A stretch of 64,000 nucleotides of DNA. It comes from Ginglymostoma cirratum. Its lineage: Eukaryota. Position numbers and translations under genes: made by a program. Position 1 is the stretch's first letter. Each line of letters opens with the position of its first letter. Shown here piece by piece: positions 13,065-25,751 of this stretch. Location: positions 2,170,279 to 2,234,278 of the forward strand of contig JAHRHZ010000085.1 in the NCBI GenBank assembly GCA_024137785.1. The letters are read 5' to 3'. The notes beneath the pieces are model-generated. The model had not been told where the DNA came from, searched no databases, and was given only the letters and a program-made list of their open reading frames with translations.

Positions 13065-14269
13065 CTGCGTTGTAAATGACAACATTCAAATAATTGTGGA
13101 CATCGGACTTCTACTCCAAAACCTAAATGATTGATTGAACTAACCAGCTTTTACTTCTGGGTATGGCAGCTGCATTGATCTTCATTATAAATGCTGGTAG
13201 GGGTTGTTGTGACTTTTATCATGTAGCGACCTACTAATGCAGTTGAGACATCACATGAATGTTCAACAAAATTGAATACTACTTTGGGTCCATATTAATT
13301 AATACACGTGAGGGGACTAAGTTGGATGGGAACTGAATGGATGTTTTTTCTTATGTTGAAGACTTTAATTCGGCCAAGCAGTTTAAAAAATAAGAAGTCT
13401 CACTTTAAAGGCAGACATTTTTTCTCACCATCAGAGGATCTGTAGCCCTTGAAATTCTTTTTCACAAAAGAGTAGAGGTGGGCCAATTATATTTAATCAG
13501 GTGGCTTTAAATTTAGTTTTGATTTAGTTGGAGTCTCTGAGTTCCGTGGCTACCACAGAGGAAACTGGATTTAGGGACAATTGCTGGTATAAATGTTTAC
13601 TGAAAGTCATTACTTTTCGGCGGAGATGACTGAGCAGAGCCTTTGGCACAACATGGAAGAGCCTTCAATGCACTGCTGTAGACTGCTGAAGATAATTATG
13701 TGCATCAATAGACTGCAATTCTACACTACAGCGAGATGGCAGTGAAGAGTAGAGATATAGGATGTGCTATCTGCAGAGTACACATTGTCAGAAGAATTTC
13801 AAATCCAATATGACTGAAGAAGTCATATTAGATTCATGTGACTCTAGACCCACAGTAATGTGGTTGGCTCCTAATTGCCTTCTGGGTAATCAGAGATGGG
13901 CAATAAATGGTGAGCTAGCCAACTATGGCAACATTTCATGAATGATTTAAGAACAAACTATCCCACATGACAGAGAGTATCTGGGTTGTTCAATGTTGCA
14001 AAGTTGTGGATATGAGAACCAATTATGAGTGAATAAATGGCACAACGTGCATGAAATATCAAATGTGTGCAATGCATCGGAAGTGCTCAAGTAAATGTGT
14101 TTTCGTAAATCTCATTACTATTCATGGTATGTAGTCCTCACTTGACGAGCCAACATTTATTGTTCATCCTCGTCACCAATCAGAATTTGGTACTGAAGTA
14201 TTCTTGACCTGCTGCAGTTCATTTGGTTTGGTTTAGATAGACACATCAGTACCTTCATAAAATCATTGC

Positions 14270-14620
14270 GTTCCTACAGTGTGGAAGCAGGCCATTCAGC
14301 CCATTGAAACAACAGGAAACCTCTGAAGTGCATCTCACACCAGACCCACCCGCGACCCTGTAATCCTGTATATCGCATGGCTAATACACCCGCCCTGCAC
14401 ATTCCCAAACGCCATGGACAATTTTGCAAGGCCAATCCACCTAACTTGCGGATCTTTAGACAGTATGAAGAAACGGACATAGCCAGAGGAAACCCACGAA
14501 CAGGGTGTTGGGAGGGGGGAGGGGAGGGAGGGATATGAAAACTCCACCCAGACAGTCACGCGAGGTTGTCATCAAAACGTGGTCCCTGGTACTGTGAGGC
14601 AGCAGTGCTAACTACTGAGC
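14270..14620 (-). mobile_element. tRNA-derived SINE (HE1/V-SINE-like)
   Basis: Reverse complement of the SINE at 20550. Confidence 0.75.
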
Positions 14621-15239
14621 GCCTGTCCCAATTACAGTGTCAGTACAAAAGAGACTTTCTGGCCATCGAATCAAGAACACTGAAGGACCCATGATAACTT
14701 GCCAAGTCAGATGGAGAATGGCTTGGAGGGTAATTTACATGTTCCCATGTATCTGCTGCCCTGCTATTTTTGAAGGTACTGGTTATGGATTTGGAAGGTG
14801 AAATGCGAAGATTCCCGGGTTTATCAGCTCGACGCTGGATATTGTCCAAGTTTTACTAATTTAAAAATGGACTGGACCATTCACTGAGGACACATAAGTG
14901 TTGCTCATCATTGTGGAATCATCAGGGAACATCCTTAACACTGGTGCAATAGTAGAGGGAAGATCATTGATGAAGTGCAGGAAGATGTTCCGGCTGAGGA
15001 AACTAACCCAAGGGCCACCGGCAGAGATATCCTGGAGCTGACATGATGGAAATCCAACAATCTGACCTATCCTACTTAGTGCTATGTGTGACTCTCAGCA
15101 GTGGATATTTCCCTCAAATCCCAGTAACTCCAATTTTGCTTGGAATCTTTGATGCCGAACTCGGTCAAATGTGGCCTTGATGTCAAACGAAGTCACTCTT
15201 CCCTCACCTGCAGTTATTTTTTTCCTGTAAAGTCATGGA

Positions 15240-15780
15240 GCATGGAATCGCACCCTTGGGCCCAACACGTCCATGCTGACCGAGTTTCCTAAACTAAGCT
15301 AGTCCCATTTGCCTCTTTTCTTCAAAATCCTTCAAAACCTTTCCTATTCTTGTCCAGGTCCAAACGTCCTTTAAATGTTGGAACTGTACCTGCGTCTATC
15401 GCTCCCTCTGGCAGTTCGTTCCATAACAAACCACACAATGTGTGAAAAATGTTGCCCCTCAGGTCCGTTATAAATCTTTCTGCTCTCAACTTAAAAATCT
15501 GATGCCAAGTTTTGAATGTTCCTACCCTAGGGAAAAAGACATTTGCTATTCACCCTGTCTGCCCCCCTCATTATTTCACAAACATCTATGACGTTCCCCC
15601 TCAGCCTCTTTTGCTCCAGTGAAAGAAGTCCCAGCCTATCCAATCTCTCCTCATAACTCAAACACTCCAGTCCAAGTAAAGTCCTTGCAAATCTCTTTTG
15701 CACCTTCTCCAGTTAAATAATATCCTTGCAGAATTGTGCACAGTAATCCCAACGTGGCCTCATTAAAGTCCTGTATAACT
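15240..15780 (-). mobile_element. CR1 3' end
   Basis: Reverse complement of the CR1 3' end type seen at 43650 and 49830. Confidence 0.7.
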
Positions 15781-18700
15781 TGATCCAAATCGTTAATAAT
15801 GTCAAGAGCTGAAGGGAATTGAACTGAGCATCATTGAGCAGGTTATTGGTGGACCAGTGCTAGCACTGTGGATGTCAGCCATCTTCCTGCAGACGAGTGC
15901 GACAATCCTGATAGGGCAGTAATTGGGTGTGTTGGAATTATCCTGTGACGCTTCCTCAGTGGAAAACAAAATCTCATCTCTGTCCAAAAGCGCAACCACT
16001 AATTTTTAAACACCATCCCATACATCTTGACTCATCCTCACTCAATGCAGGTACAAAACACAGAGAAAGGTGGAGAGAGAAACAGATTGAACGCTTTGAA
16101 TGTGGTATAACTTCTTCAGTCGTATTGGACTTGAAATGTTAACTCTGTTTTTCTATCCACAGAACTACCAAACCTGCTGAGTTTCTCTCACAATTTCTGT
16201 TTTCATTTTGTTTCAAATTTCCACATTGTTGGAATCCAGTGATGCAGCTGTGCTTGAACAGTTGGGCTAGGGATCCCACCATATTTGGAGCACACATCTT
16301 CAGTACTATTGATAGACTTCTGTCAAGGCCAATAACCTTTGCAGCATTTGGTTATGTCAGGTGGAGTGATTCAGATCAGCTGAAGACTGGTATTAATGAT
16401 GCTTTAGATATTTGGAGGAGGCTGATAAGCTCACCCACTCAGCACTTCCAGCTGAAGTTTGTTGCAAATGATTCAGCCTCACCGTTTTCGCTAAAGTCTT
16501 GGGCTCCCAGAGCATTAAGCGTGAGATTATTTTTGTAGCCTCCTACTTCAGTAAATTGTTTCATTGTTAAAAGCCTCTCACAAGTAAATGCGGCAGTCCT
16601 GAAAATTATACACCTGAAGTGGTCGCAGTGAAATTGACTAGCCGTGTTTATCAGTTGCTGGACATAACATCTGGCATGCAAGTGGTTGAAAAGCGTCACA
16701 AAAATGACTACAAACTTCACTTCGTGATGTCAGAGGAACATTGCTACACATTGTTGTCTATGCCTGACCTGAGTTTCTCCAAAGTAGACGTAACTGTAGT
16801 TATACAGTCGCCTTAAAGAATCATTCAATGCATAACTATGTTTGTTTAATTTTCTCATCTAAGATTTTGCTGAATCTCCAGATTTTTTCAAAACACTTCT
16901 TTTTGCTTTTTATTTAACCATGCAAGAATTGGCTTTTTGAATCATTCTAACTGCTCACAATTTATATGTTATCAATAGTGCTTGCAGTGTAATAGAAGAC
17001 CGCATTAAATTCCATATTTGTTTCCACTCTCATGTGTTTTGATGTCCAATTCTGTCTTCTATACATTGAATGTTGACTGTCATTTTGTCTCTTTATGTTA
17101 CACCTGAAGACGTATGACTTCATTTATATCTCTTATCTTCTCACAGTATCGAACTGTATTAATACCTTGACTGTTCAATTTATGGCAACTCAAAACAGGA
17201 ACCAATTTATTTCCAGATTATCCAATTTAGTATCAATAATGGGAACAGTTTCACACATCTACTCCAACCATACATCTCATAATGTTGAACATTCTACCAG
17301 ATCCACTCTTGAAAAAACCTCTACCCATGCAGAACAATCCCAACCTCTCCAAACTATCCGCATAACTGAGGTTTCTCGACCCCGCAACAAGTTTTCTAAC
17401 CCTTGTTTTCATACTGTCTGATGCGTTCATATCTTCTTCTCATGTGTTTTCCAGAAACGATAATCACTATCTGCCTGAAGTCTAATGCATTGTTTTGTAT
17501 TTGTTCACGTATTTATGCGCCGTGTGTGTTCAGCATAGATTCCTTGCTCTTGCACATTATTTCTCAATTAGGAAATACCTGGACAGTGCCTACAAGGAGC
17601 TATGGATGAAAGCCGTTGTCACTTTTTTTTAGCATCTGATTCTGTCACGCTAGCTCATAATAGAATGACGTCACGGAAATCAAGGGGATCAAGAATGCCA
17701 TATTGGCTTCAAATGTATGTATGATGGACAACTGTTTGATAAACATATTTTCATAATAAATTTTGCAACAGATTGTCAGCCATTAATTGCAGCCAATGGA
17801 ACAGTCAGAAATAACTTGGATTCATGAGACATTGATAAAAGGAAATAACTCCTTGAACGATTTTTGAAGCTTAATATAGGCTTATGGATGGGCAGTAGCT
17901 GAATAAAAAGCGAAAGCAAAGATATATATAATGCACACATTTGTTTGGTTCTTTTAACCATATTCTTGTTTGCTTAATTTACGCCACTTATAATGAATTT
18001 GTTCCTTTGTACTGGGTTTTCGACAATAGCTGGAACCCATTCAAATTTGACCAGAGTAACGCTTTCTAAAAAAAAAACTATTGTGCTCTGTTTTAGCTGC
18101 AAACAAAGTGTTTGTAATGATTTCATATTTATTCAAATAACACTGCAGAAAACGTGTCAAAGATATATCGAATGTCACCTCAAAACTATGTTTTTGTCAT
18201 TAGCCGAATAAACATGTCTACGCAAGTCCCGAGAAATGTAATACCTATTTGCACCTATTTCTTCTGTTTCGGAAATCTGGTCGTATGAGGAGCAGTTGAG
18301 AACTCTGGGTATGTACTTGATTGAGTGCAAAAAGGTAAGGGGCGATCTGATTGAAATTTACAGAATACCGAGAATGTCCTTGGAATCTACCAGTTCAAGT
18401 TTATCTTCGTCTATGAATCTTATCTTTTACACTGTTAATGATTATCACGCGTTAAATTTATTTTCTGAAGTCAAGAGTGAAGCGTACATATTATAATCAA
18501 CATTTGCATTGTTTGGCATTGCTATCAAGAAGTATAGCTTTAATAGACTAAAGTTTCTATTCTGATCTCCTTCTCGCCAGTGGACAAATGATCTAAATTT
18601 TCTTCATCTCAGAATCAACTTCTTTTCCGTGTAATGAAAAAAAGCAGAAGAACTCTACACGCATCCAGTTTTTTGCAAAACAAAATGCTTTTTACCATCA

Positions 18701-20549
18701 GTTCGAAATTTAAAAACATCAGACAAGAAAATCTTCTGCAGAATTCCATTCTGTCATGATCCGATGAAAAGCAATCTATATCGAAATCAAAACGGAATTT
18801 GCTTGAATTTACACTTCAAGTTTATTAAATTGCTTTTTACAGTGTTCAGAAAGAAAACTGAAATATGCCAATTGTGTGAATTGACATTTCTCTCCATGGA
18901 TGCTGCCTGACCCAATTTTATCGCCAGCATTTTTTGATTTCTGTAACTTCTCTCCATCTTTACCAAAGTATATAGGGTGCAGCAATTGCATTGACGCAAG
19001 CGTTCCCATAAAAGCAGAGTTCAGTGGTTTCAAATATCATCATTAGAGCTTTTAAAAGCTTTAAGCACACATTAAGACATAGAACGCGCATGAAGTAAGT
19101 TGCCTCCCTGTAAAGGAAAGATCCTTATGTCGATAGCCCGCCTAGAGACAGTATCTGAGAAATTTGAAAGTTGAGAGGAAGGTCCAGTGAATTTCAATTG
19201 AATGCTCAAGAGACAGGTGAAGGTGCAAACATTCTCCGCAGTTGTCAACTTCTGTTTGGTAGCTTCTTCATCAAGTTAGGAAAATGTTCCAATCATACGA
19301 TGGAGAACACGGCAGTGCAGATTGCAACAAAATAATTTATTGTTCTACGTGTTAGCTCTTTTTCTAAAAAATGAATATAATTCAATGCTGTTTAGATGCT
19401 CTGCGATTTTTATCATAATTTGAAACACTTGACTCTGTATCTGGAAAACTGCACATGAAACAATGCAACTTTGCCAATACATATTATTTCTGTTCTTATA
19501 TTATTTAGTTTCCAACATTCAGGTCTCTCAAGGATTAAATTTGTGCAGTTGTATGTGACTGCTCTATTGAGAATTAAATTCAAGCCTTATTAAAGAAAAA
19601 TAAATCTGCTGAATAAAGAACAAGAGCAGGAACCGAGACAAAACTCTAAACAAAAGAAAATAGAAAGAATTGCGAATGCTGGAAATCAGAAACAGAAGCA
19701 GAAATTGCTGGTAAAACTCAGCCGGTCTGGCATCACGTGTGGAGCTAAAGCAGAGTTAATGTTTTGGATCCAGTGATCATTCTTCAGAACCAAAATTCTG
19801 TTGATCAATTCTCAAGAATGCAATTGCATCAAAGATGCATATTAAGGAAAACAAACCCGCTGTTCCACCTGGGGATTATTATAATCTCAAATCGAGGTGT
19901 GTGATTGTGATGTGTATTTTGAAGTCGCTGTCAACACTTTCCCGTTGTACCAATATGTTCTCATTTGATTACAAATATGTCCAGCCTTGCTTTTTCCTGA
20001 ACTTAAAGCAATCTACATTTTTGTCTTTGTCAACATCATTCACTTTCCGAAAATTAATAAACATACACCCCAGAAGCAAATTGATAATTTTTTTTTACAA
20101 GCTGCGCGCAACTTTGGCTTGTTACGCTGACAGAGAGAAGAGCCTGCCATGTACAAATTGATGAAGCCAGCCAGCTTGTGAAAGAAACGGTGTGCTCAGC
20201 TTAAGTAGTGATTTGGTAGAGTGTTTCTTTATGATTTAATCATAGAGCAATAGGTATGGAATACACTCATGAAATCAGTGCATCAAAGAGATCGGGATTA
20301 CCGAGTTTATGTTCAGCTACAAATCTGTCATTCAGAAGGTGCATTATCGCTTGATAATGGTCCTCAAAAAATCTGTTTTTCTCCATGCCAGAGCTATGTT
20401 ATCACAAAAGACCCAGAAAAGGCGCATTGCGAATACAAATTAACAGTTAACACTGTTGTAATATCTAAACTATAATGGGTTAAAAATGTAAATAATTCTG
20501 TTTTATGTGACTTTGTAAAAGATAGAGAGGTTAAAATATCTCAATTTTG

Positions 20550-20830
20550 GGGCGGCACGGTGGCTCAGTGGTTAGCACTGCTGCCTCACAGCGCTAGGGA
20601 CCCAGATTCGATTCCAGCCTCGGGCGTCTGTCTGTGTGGAGTTTGCACACTCTCCCCGTTTCTGCATGGGTTTCCTCTGGGTACTCCGGTTTCCTCCCAC
20701 AGTTTAAGGATGTGCAGGTTAGGTGGATTGGCCATGCTAAATTGCCCGTAGTGTTCGGTTGGGGGTGGGATGCTCTGAGTTTCGGTGTGGACTTGTTGGG
20801 CCGAAGGGCCTGTTTCCACAATGTAGGAAT
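20550..20830 (+). mobile_element. tRNA-derived SINE (HE1/V-SINE-like)
   Basis: gggcggcacggtggctcagtggttagcactgctgcctcacagcg..gttcgattcc-like head and gatgtgcaggttaggtggattggcc core. Confidence 0.88.
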
Positions 20831-20910
20831 TCCATGAATTTTAGTGCAACGCTTGAATCTTCCAGCTAGATTGCAAAATATAGTTGATGCAACAAATAAA
20901 ATAAACCTAC

Positions 20911-22439
20911 CTCGTCTTTCATTCCGTGTATTTGTTTTTATTTTTGTTTTGTTTCTACGTGCCTGGTGAGATATAAAGTTTGTATGAGTTGTCAAGAGAG
21001 TGGTGATACTTGCAACTATCTGCAAGCAAAAGAAACTGAACGTAGTTAATTTGTATGCGGGGTTATATATGGCAACCATATTCAATACTGTGCGCAGTTT
21101 TGGTCTCCTTACTTGAAAAAAGATATACTGGCACTGGAGGGGATGCAGAGGAGGTTCACTACGTTGATTCCGGAGTTGAGGTGGTTGGCTGATGAGGAGA
21201 AACTGAGTAGATTAGGATTATATTCATTGGAATTCAGAAGATTGAGGGGAGATCTTATAGAAACATATAAAATTATGAAGGGAATAGATAGGATAGAAGT
21301 AGAGAGGATGTTTCCACTGGCAGGTGAAGCTAGGACAAGAGGGCATAGCCTCAAGATTAGAGGGAGCAGATTTAGAACAGAATTGAGAAGGAACTTCTTC
21401 ACCCAGAGTGTTGTTAATCTATGGAATTCCTTAACCAGTGAAGTAGTTGAAGCTGCTTCAGTAAACGTCTTTAAAGCTAAGGTAGATGTTTTTTTTTGAA
21501 CAGTAAAGGAATTGAAGGATACGGTGAGAGCGCGGTTAACTGGATCTGAGTCCACAAAAAGATCAACCATGATCTTATTGAATGGCGGAGCAGGTTCAAA
21601 GGACCGGACGGCTTACTCCTGCTCCTAGTTCTTACGTTCTTATGTTCTTAATATAACTCAATATGGCAGACACAATAACATTTATTTTATGAGGTTTTAT
21701 GGGTTGAAGCTGAGGAATCACCCTTTTACGAATGAAATTCACTGATGGAGGTTTAACGGTCTCATTCTACTCCAACATTCGATTTGAAGGAAATCATATG
21801 TTTGAAAGTATTTTCACTTCTAATAGTTATTCCAACTGTCCAATGTGGAAGTTCCGATCCCGCTTATGTGAAATTTCATTGCGAAATTTCCTCAATACCT
21901 GCATTTAAATTGCTTCATTTAACATGGACATCTTTGGATATAATGATGTAACACTTTCCCGATCATCGCAGCGAGCAGTATAATTGCAGCACGGGCAAAT
22001 CCAAAGACCATAAAAGGGTCGATTTTCAAGAAAAATACTGTAGAGTAGATGTAATATCATAATTAAAAACTGGAGCGTAAACCAGAAATAAACGGGTTTG
22101 AATATCATATTTCCAAACAGTTTTTTTTTAATATGACATATCATAGAGATAGTGTTGCACGTTCTTTCGCAATAGTGTAAATGATATTTGCTGGAAACGA
22201 GCTCGAAACATAATGTACTTGACAAGTGTAAACTGTGTAGCACTTGTCTGCGCCTGACACATCTAAGGAGGTGACAACCTCACCAAGCCCGTTGCTGTTT
22301 ACTTGTTCATTTCTAAATCCAGTCAAGACTTTTGTATCGTTTATGCCCAAGACTAAAGTCATTTTGTTAAAGGCAGAAGTCCTGCAGAGATAAAAGATCT
22401 TCCGACCGTACCTGCAAAATTTGGGGGGATCTGGTGAAG
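20911..22439 (-). pseudogene. Divergent paralogue copy C: C1 (22161-22439), TM (21919-22037), decayed cyt1 (20911-20962)
   Basis: C1 keeps LCRTS and YTCQVHY but has lost the Trp through local frameshifts. The TM exon reads LFFLKIDPFMVFGFARAAIILLAAMIGKVLHHYIQRCPC then stop. Intron sequences align by eye with 48640-49360. Confidence 0.78.
21050..21650 (+). mobile_element. CR1 3' end
   Basis: RRLRGDLIETYKI..NFFTQSVV and a (gttcttat)n-type tail. Confidence 0.88.
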
Positions 22440-22679
22440 CTACATTGTAAATATTATAATTCAGATAAATCTAAACATTAGAATGCTAATCCAAAACTTC
22501 AATGATCTAAGACACAAGCGATCGGTAAATTTGGAGCGCAGTTTTTGCATTTGTAGTTATTATTTTCTTGGAGTAAATATTAAATTTAACATAGAGCAAT
22601 CCATCTAAAGCGATTCAGGTACCATTTCAAAGTTCAGCAAAATTCGTTTTGAGCTTATATAAATATTATTTTATAGAAA

Positions 22680-24293
22680 TATGTTTGAGATGTCAATCTG
22701 CATCCTTATCCTTGCAATCAGTTTGGAACGGGATTCTAGATCGCAGAAACTGCGACAGCCACGGTCCAAACAAGGGGGAATCACATTGTCCATCTTAATG
22801 AGAAGAGAGAGGAATCACACACCAACTTATTTAGGGACAGAATATATACTATCTGTGATACAATTAGCTATTAACAGCACATAATAAAACGATGGGATGA
22901 GATGACGGTATATCGCATCACCAATCGATTGAGTAGGGTACCCGCGCAAGTGAATTTAACAAAAAAAAAATTGCAGGCTTTCATTGCCGACCATCAGCAG
23001 ATTAGTTCTTATTTGGCAACAGTGCATAATGGTTTCTTACAACGAGAAGTTGCCATGACTTTCAGCCATGATCAATTGTTCCACAAAGCAGTCAGTTTTG
23101 GGACCCCAACTATGTATAATTGATGGTGCATATTTCAGCGGTGGTCACCTAAAGTTTCAGTAGTACACTCACTCTTACAGTATCCAATTGTTAAATTATT
23201 GGTAATTGTTTGTTTCTTGTTTTGTGTATCTGTGTAACTGCCTGTGAACTACATCACATGTTTGACTAACTTGCAACTATTGAGCAATATGTACATGCTT
23301 GCATAAGGGTTAGATAATCGATTTTGAAGATACCAAAGGGTTGTGTGTGGGGTGGGCTTAAAAAAATTATCTCCAAACCAGACCATTCAGGGTTAATCAT
23401 TAATGGTCAATTTGACCTGTAAATAAGCAATTGAAAACAAATGGAAAATTAGAGTGTAAAACAGCCTGCATTGGCTGGGAGTTAACTGCATGACCTTGGC
23501 TGGGTGGGAAACTGAGTAACGTGCATTTAAAAATAAGCCACCTGGAGATGTTTTTCAGCATGTTTTCTGCACAGTGGAATGCCAGAACAAGTGCAGTCAC
23601 AGAATCATAGAACCCCTACAGTGCGGATACAGGCCCTTCGGCCCAACAAGTCCACACAGACCCTCAGAGCATCCCGCCGAGACCCACCCCCCCATAACCC
23701 ACCTAACCTACACATCCCTGAACACTACAGGCATTTTAGTATGGCCAATCCACCTGACCTGCACATCATTGGACTGCGAGAGGAAACCGGAGCACCCAGA
23801 GGAAACCCATGCAGACACGGGGAGAACGTGCAAGCTCCACACAGACATTCGCCCGAGAGTGGAATCGAACTGGGGTCCCCAGCGCTGTGAGGCAGCAATA
23901 CTATGGATTGATGATACAGCATGTAAAGGTGGATTCAAAATAGTATTAATATCCGGGAATTTGCTGCATTCAGTGGAATTTTACCATTGGGCTGGAGCTC
24001 GCGAGACCGTGGAATCTGAGACAGAGTGCCAAATGCTGTCATCATCAAAGTCCCTGATGAGCCGAAAGACAGTATGAGAATTATTTGTTGTGTGTGTATT
24101 TATACATATATATGAGTAGTTTAACTTAAGCAGTTAATTTTAACAGATAACCACAATTTCAAATGCCAACTATTAATTCATATATATAGTATATTTTAAC
24201 CGAATAAAATTAGCTATATAATGAGTGCACTCGTCTTATTGTAATCATTTCAATCAAACCTTAAAGAATCCGTTAGGTACTTTCAATCTAACA
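22680..24293 (+). mobile_element. ERV env 3' end plus 3' LTR (copy D), with a SINE inside the LTR and no CR1
   Basis: LQAFIADHQQISSYLATVHNGFLQREVAMT is homologous to 56431-56772; the LTR aligns with 56802-58872. Confidence 0.8.
23605..23900 (-). mobile_element. tRNA-derived SINE inside an LTR
   Basis: Reverse complement of the SINE at 20550. Confidence 0.85.
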
Positions 24294-24540
24294 ATACAGA
24301 AAGATCTGAATGCACTTGGAAGGGTGTAGAGGAAATTCGCCAGGATGTTGTCCGTTTTGGAGCATTTCCGCGAGGAAGAGAGTTTGGAGAAGCACTGATT
24401 GGCTTCTTTGGAGCAAAGACGGTTTGAAGGAAGTCCCCACTGAGGTGTATACAATTATGGATGCATGGACGAGGTGGACTAAAAGCAACTGTTCAATTTA
24501 GTTAACAAGCATGGGGCTGGATGAACACAGCAGGTCAAGC

Positions 24541-24940
24541 NNNNNNNNNNNNNNNNNNNNNNNNNNNNNNNNNNNNNNNNNNNNNNNNNNNNNNNNNNNN
24601 NNNNNNNNNNNNNNNNNNNNNNNNNNNNNNNNNNNNNNNNNNNNNNNNNNNNNNNNNNNNNNNNNNNNNNNNNNNNNNNNNNNNNNNNNNNNNNNNNNNN
24701 NNNNNNNNNNNNNNNNNNNNNNNNNNNNNNNNNNNNNNNNNNNNNNNNNNNNNNNNNNNNNNNNNNNNNNNNNNNNNNNNNNNNNNNNNNNNNNNNNNNN
24801 NNNNNNNNNNNNNNNNNNNNNNNNNNNNNNNNNNNNNNNNNNNNNNNNNNNNNNNNNNNNNNNNNNNNNNNNNNNNNNNNNNNNNNNNNNNNNNNNNNNN
24901 NNNNNNNNNNNNNNNNNNNNNNNNNNNNNNNNNNNNNNNN
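24541..24940. other. Assembly gap (400 N)
   Basis: Run of n. Confidence 1.
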
Positions 24941-24970
24941 CGGGCCTAAACCCTTCATCAGAAATCATTT

Positions 24971-24998
24971 CTGATGAAGGGTTTAGGCCCGAAACGTC
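24971..24998 (+). ncRNA. Minimal type I hammerhead ribozyme core
   Basis: CUGAUGA-A-GGG-UUUAGG-CCC-GAAAC-GUC. Confidence 0.65.
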
Positions 24999-25694
24999 AA
25001 GTTTTCCTGCTCCTATGATGCTGCTTGACCTGCTGTGTTCATCCAGCCCATGCTTGTTATCTCGGATTCTCCAGCATCTGCAGTACCTTTTATCTCTGTT
25101 CAATTTAGTTGAAGGGTTACCAACGAGGGGGCACAAATTTTACATGTCAAGGCAAGAGTTTCAGACGAAACTGAGAATTTATTTTTCACCAAGGGCATCA
25201 GGAATGCACTGCCTTGGAGGATAGTACAGGTGAGAAAACTCACAAACTTGAAGACATGTAGGTGGACGAGCTTTTAAAACGTCATTACCTTCAACGTTGT
25301 GGGCCAAGTTCTGGAAAGTGTCATTTGTGTAGGTAGGGTGGCTGCACTAAATGGCCGAAGGGCCTTTCCTGTGCTGTATAAATTGATAATATTCCTCTCT
25401 ATCTCGTTGTCCCTTTTTAACATTTCCAGTTTTTGAATTTAATGCTGAAAGTGTCTCCAATAGTGAAATGCAACATTATGTATTTCATCTAAATTATGGG
25501 ACCTGTCGATGACGAGTATTCACTGTTGGCAGTACCCCACGTGACAATATACAACACGTTCCAAATAAGCAATAATGTCAAATTTCGGGGTTGGCATAAT
25601 CAGAAACAATTAACTGCAATAATCATTTTCTACTTCGTCAACCTTTTAAAATGATGTCTAGGAGAGTAACGATCAACGTGTCAAAGAATCTTAC

Positions 25695-25750
25695 CTTCTT
25701 TTGTAACAGTGTAGCTGGCATTTACTGGAAATGAGCTCGAAACGTGATAT
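25695..25750 (-). pseudogene. 3' stub of a C1 exon (copy D), truncated by a Penelope insertion
   Basis: YHVSSSFPVNASYTVTKE plus donor AAG|GTAAGA, nearly identical to 59879-59934. Confidence 0.82.
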
Positions 25751-25751
25751 G

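Larger units (their letters stand above)
24489..25110. mobile_element. Palindromic Penelope-derived element with a 15-bp TSD, spanning an assembly gap
   Basis: TSD ctgttcaatttagtt at 24489-24503 and 25096-25110. Confidence 0.8.

Noticed and set aside
18930-19370. Possible remnant of copy C's terminal ITIM exon (TLYTLV near 18970; catacgatggag near 19294)
   Set aside because: The distance is about right, but similarity is too patchy to place an exon by eye.
20550-20625. tRNA genes
   Set aside because: The tRNA-like heads belong to SINEs that continue into the shared SINE core.
20911-21018. Longer exon using the acceptor near 21018 (IVASITTLL..)
   Set aside because: Homology shows the true exon starts at 20962; the extension is intron sequence and does not form a TM segment.
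24479-25224. Long ORFs across the N runs (also 55161..55724)
   Set aside because: They are made of X residues from assembly gaps.
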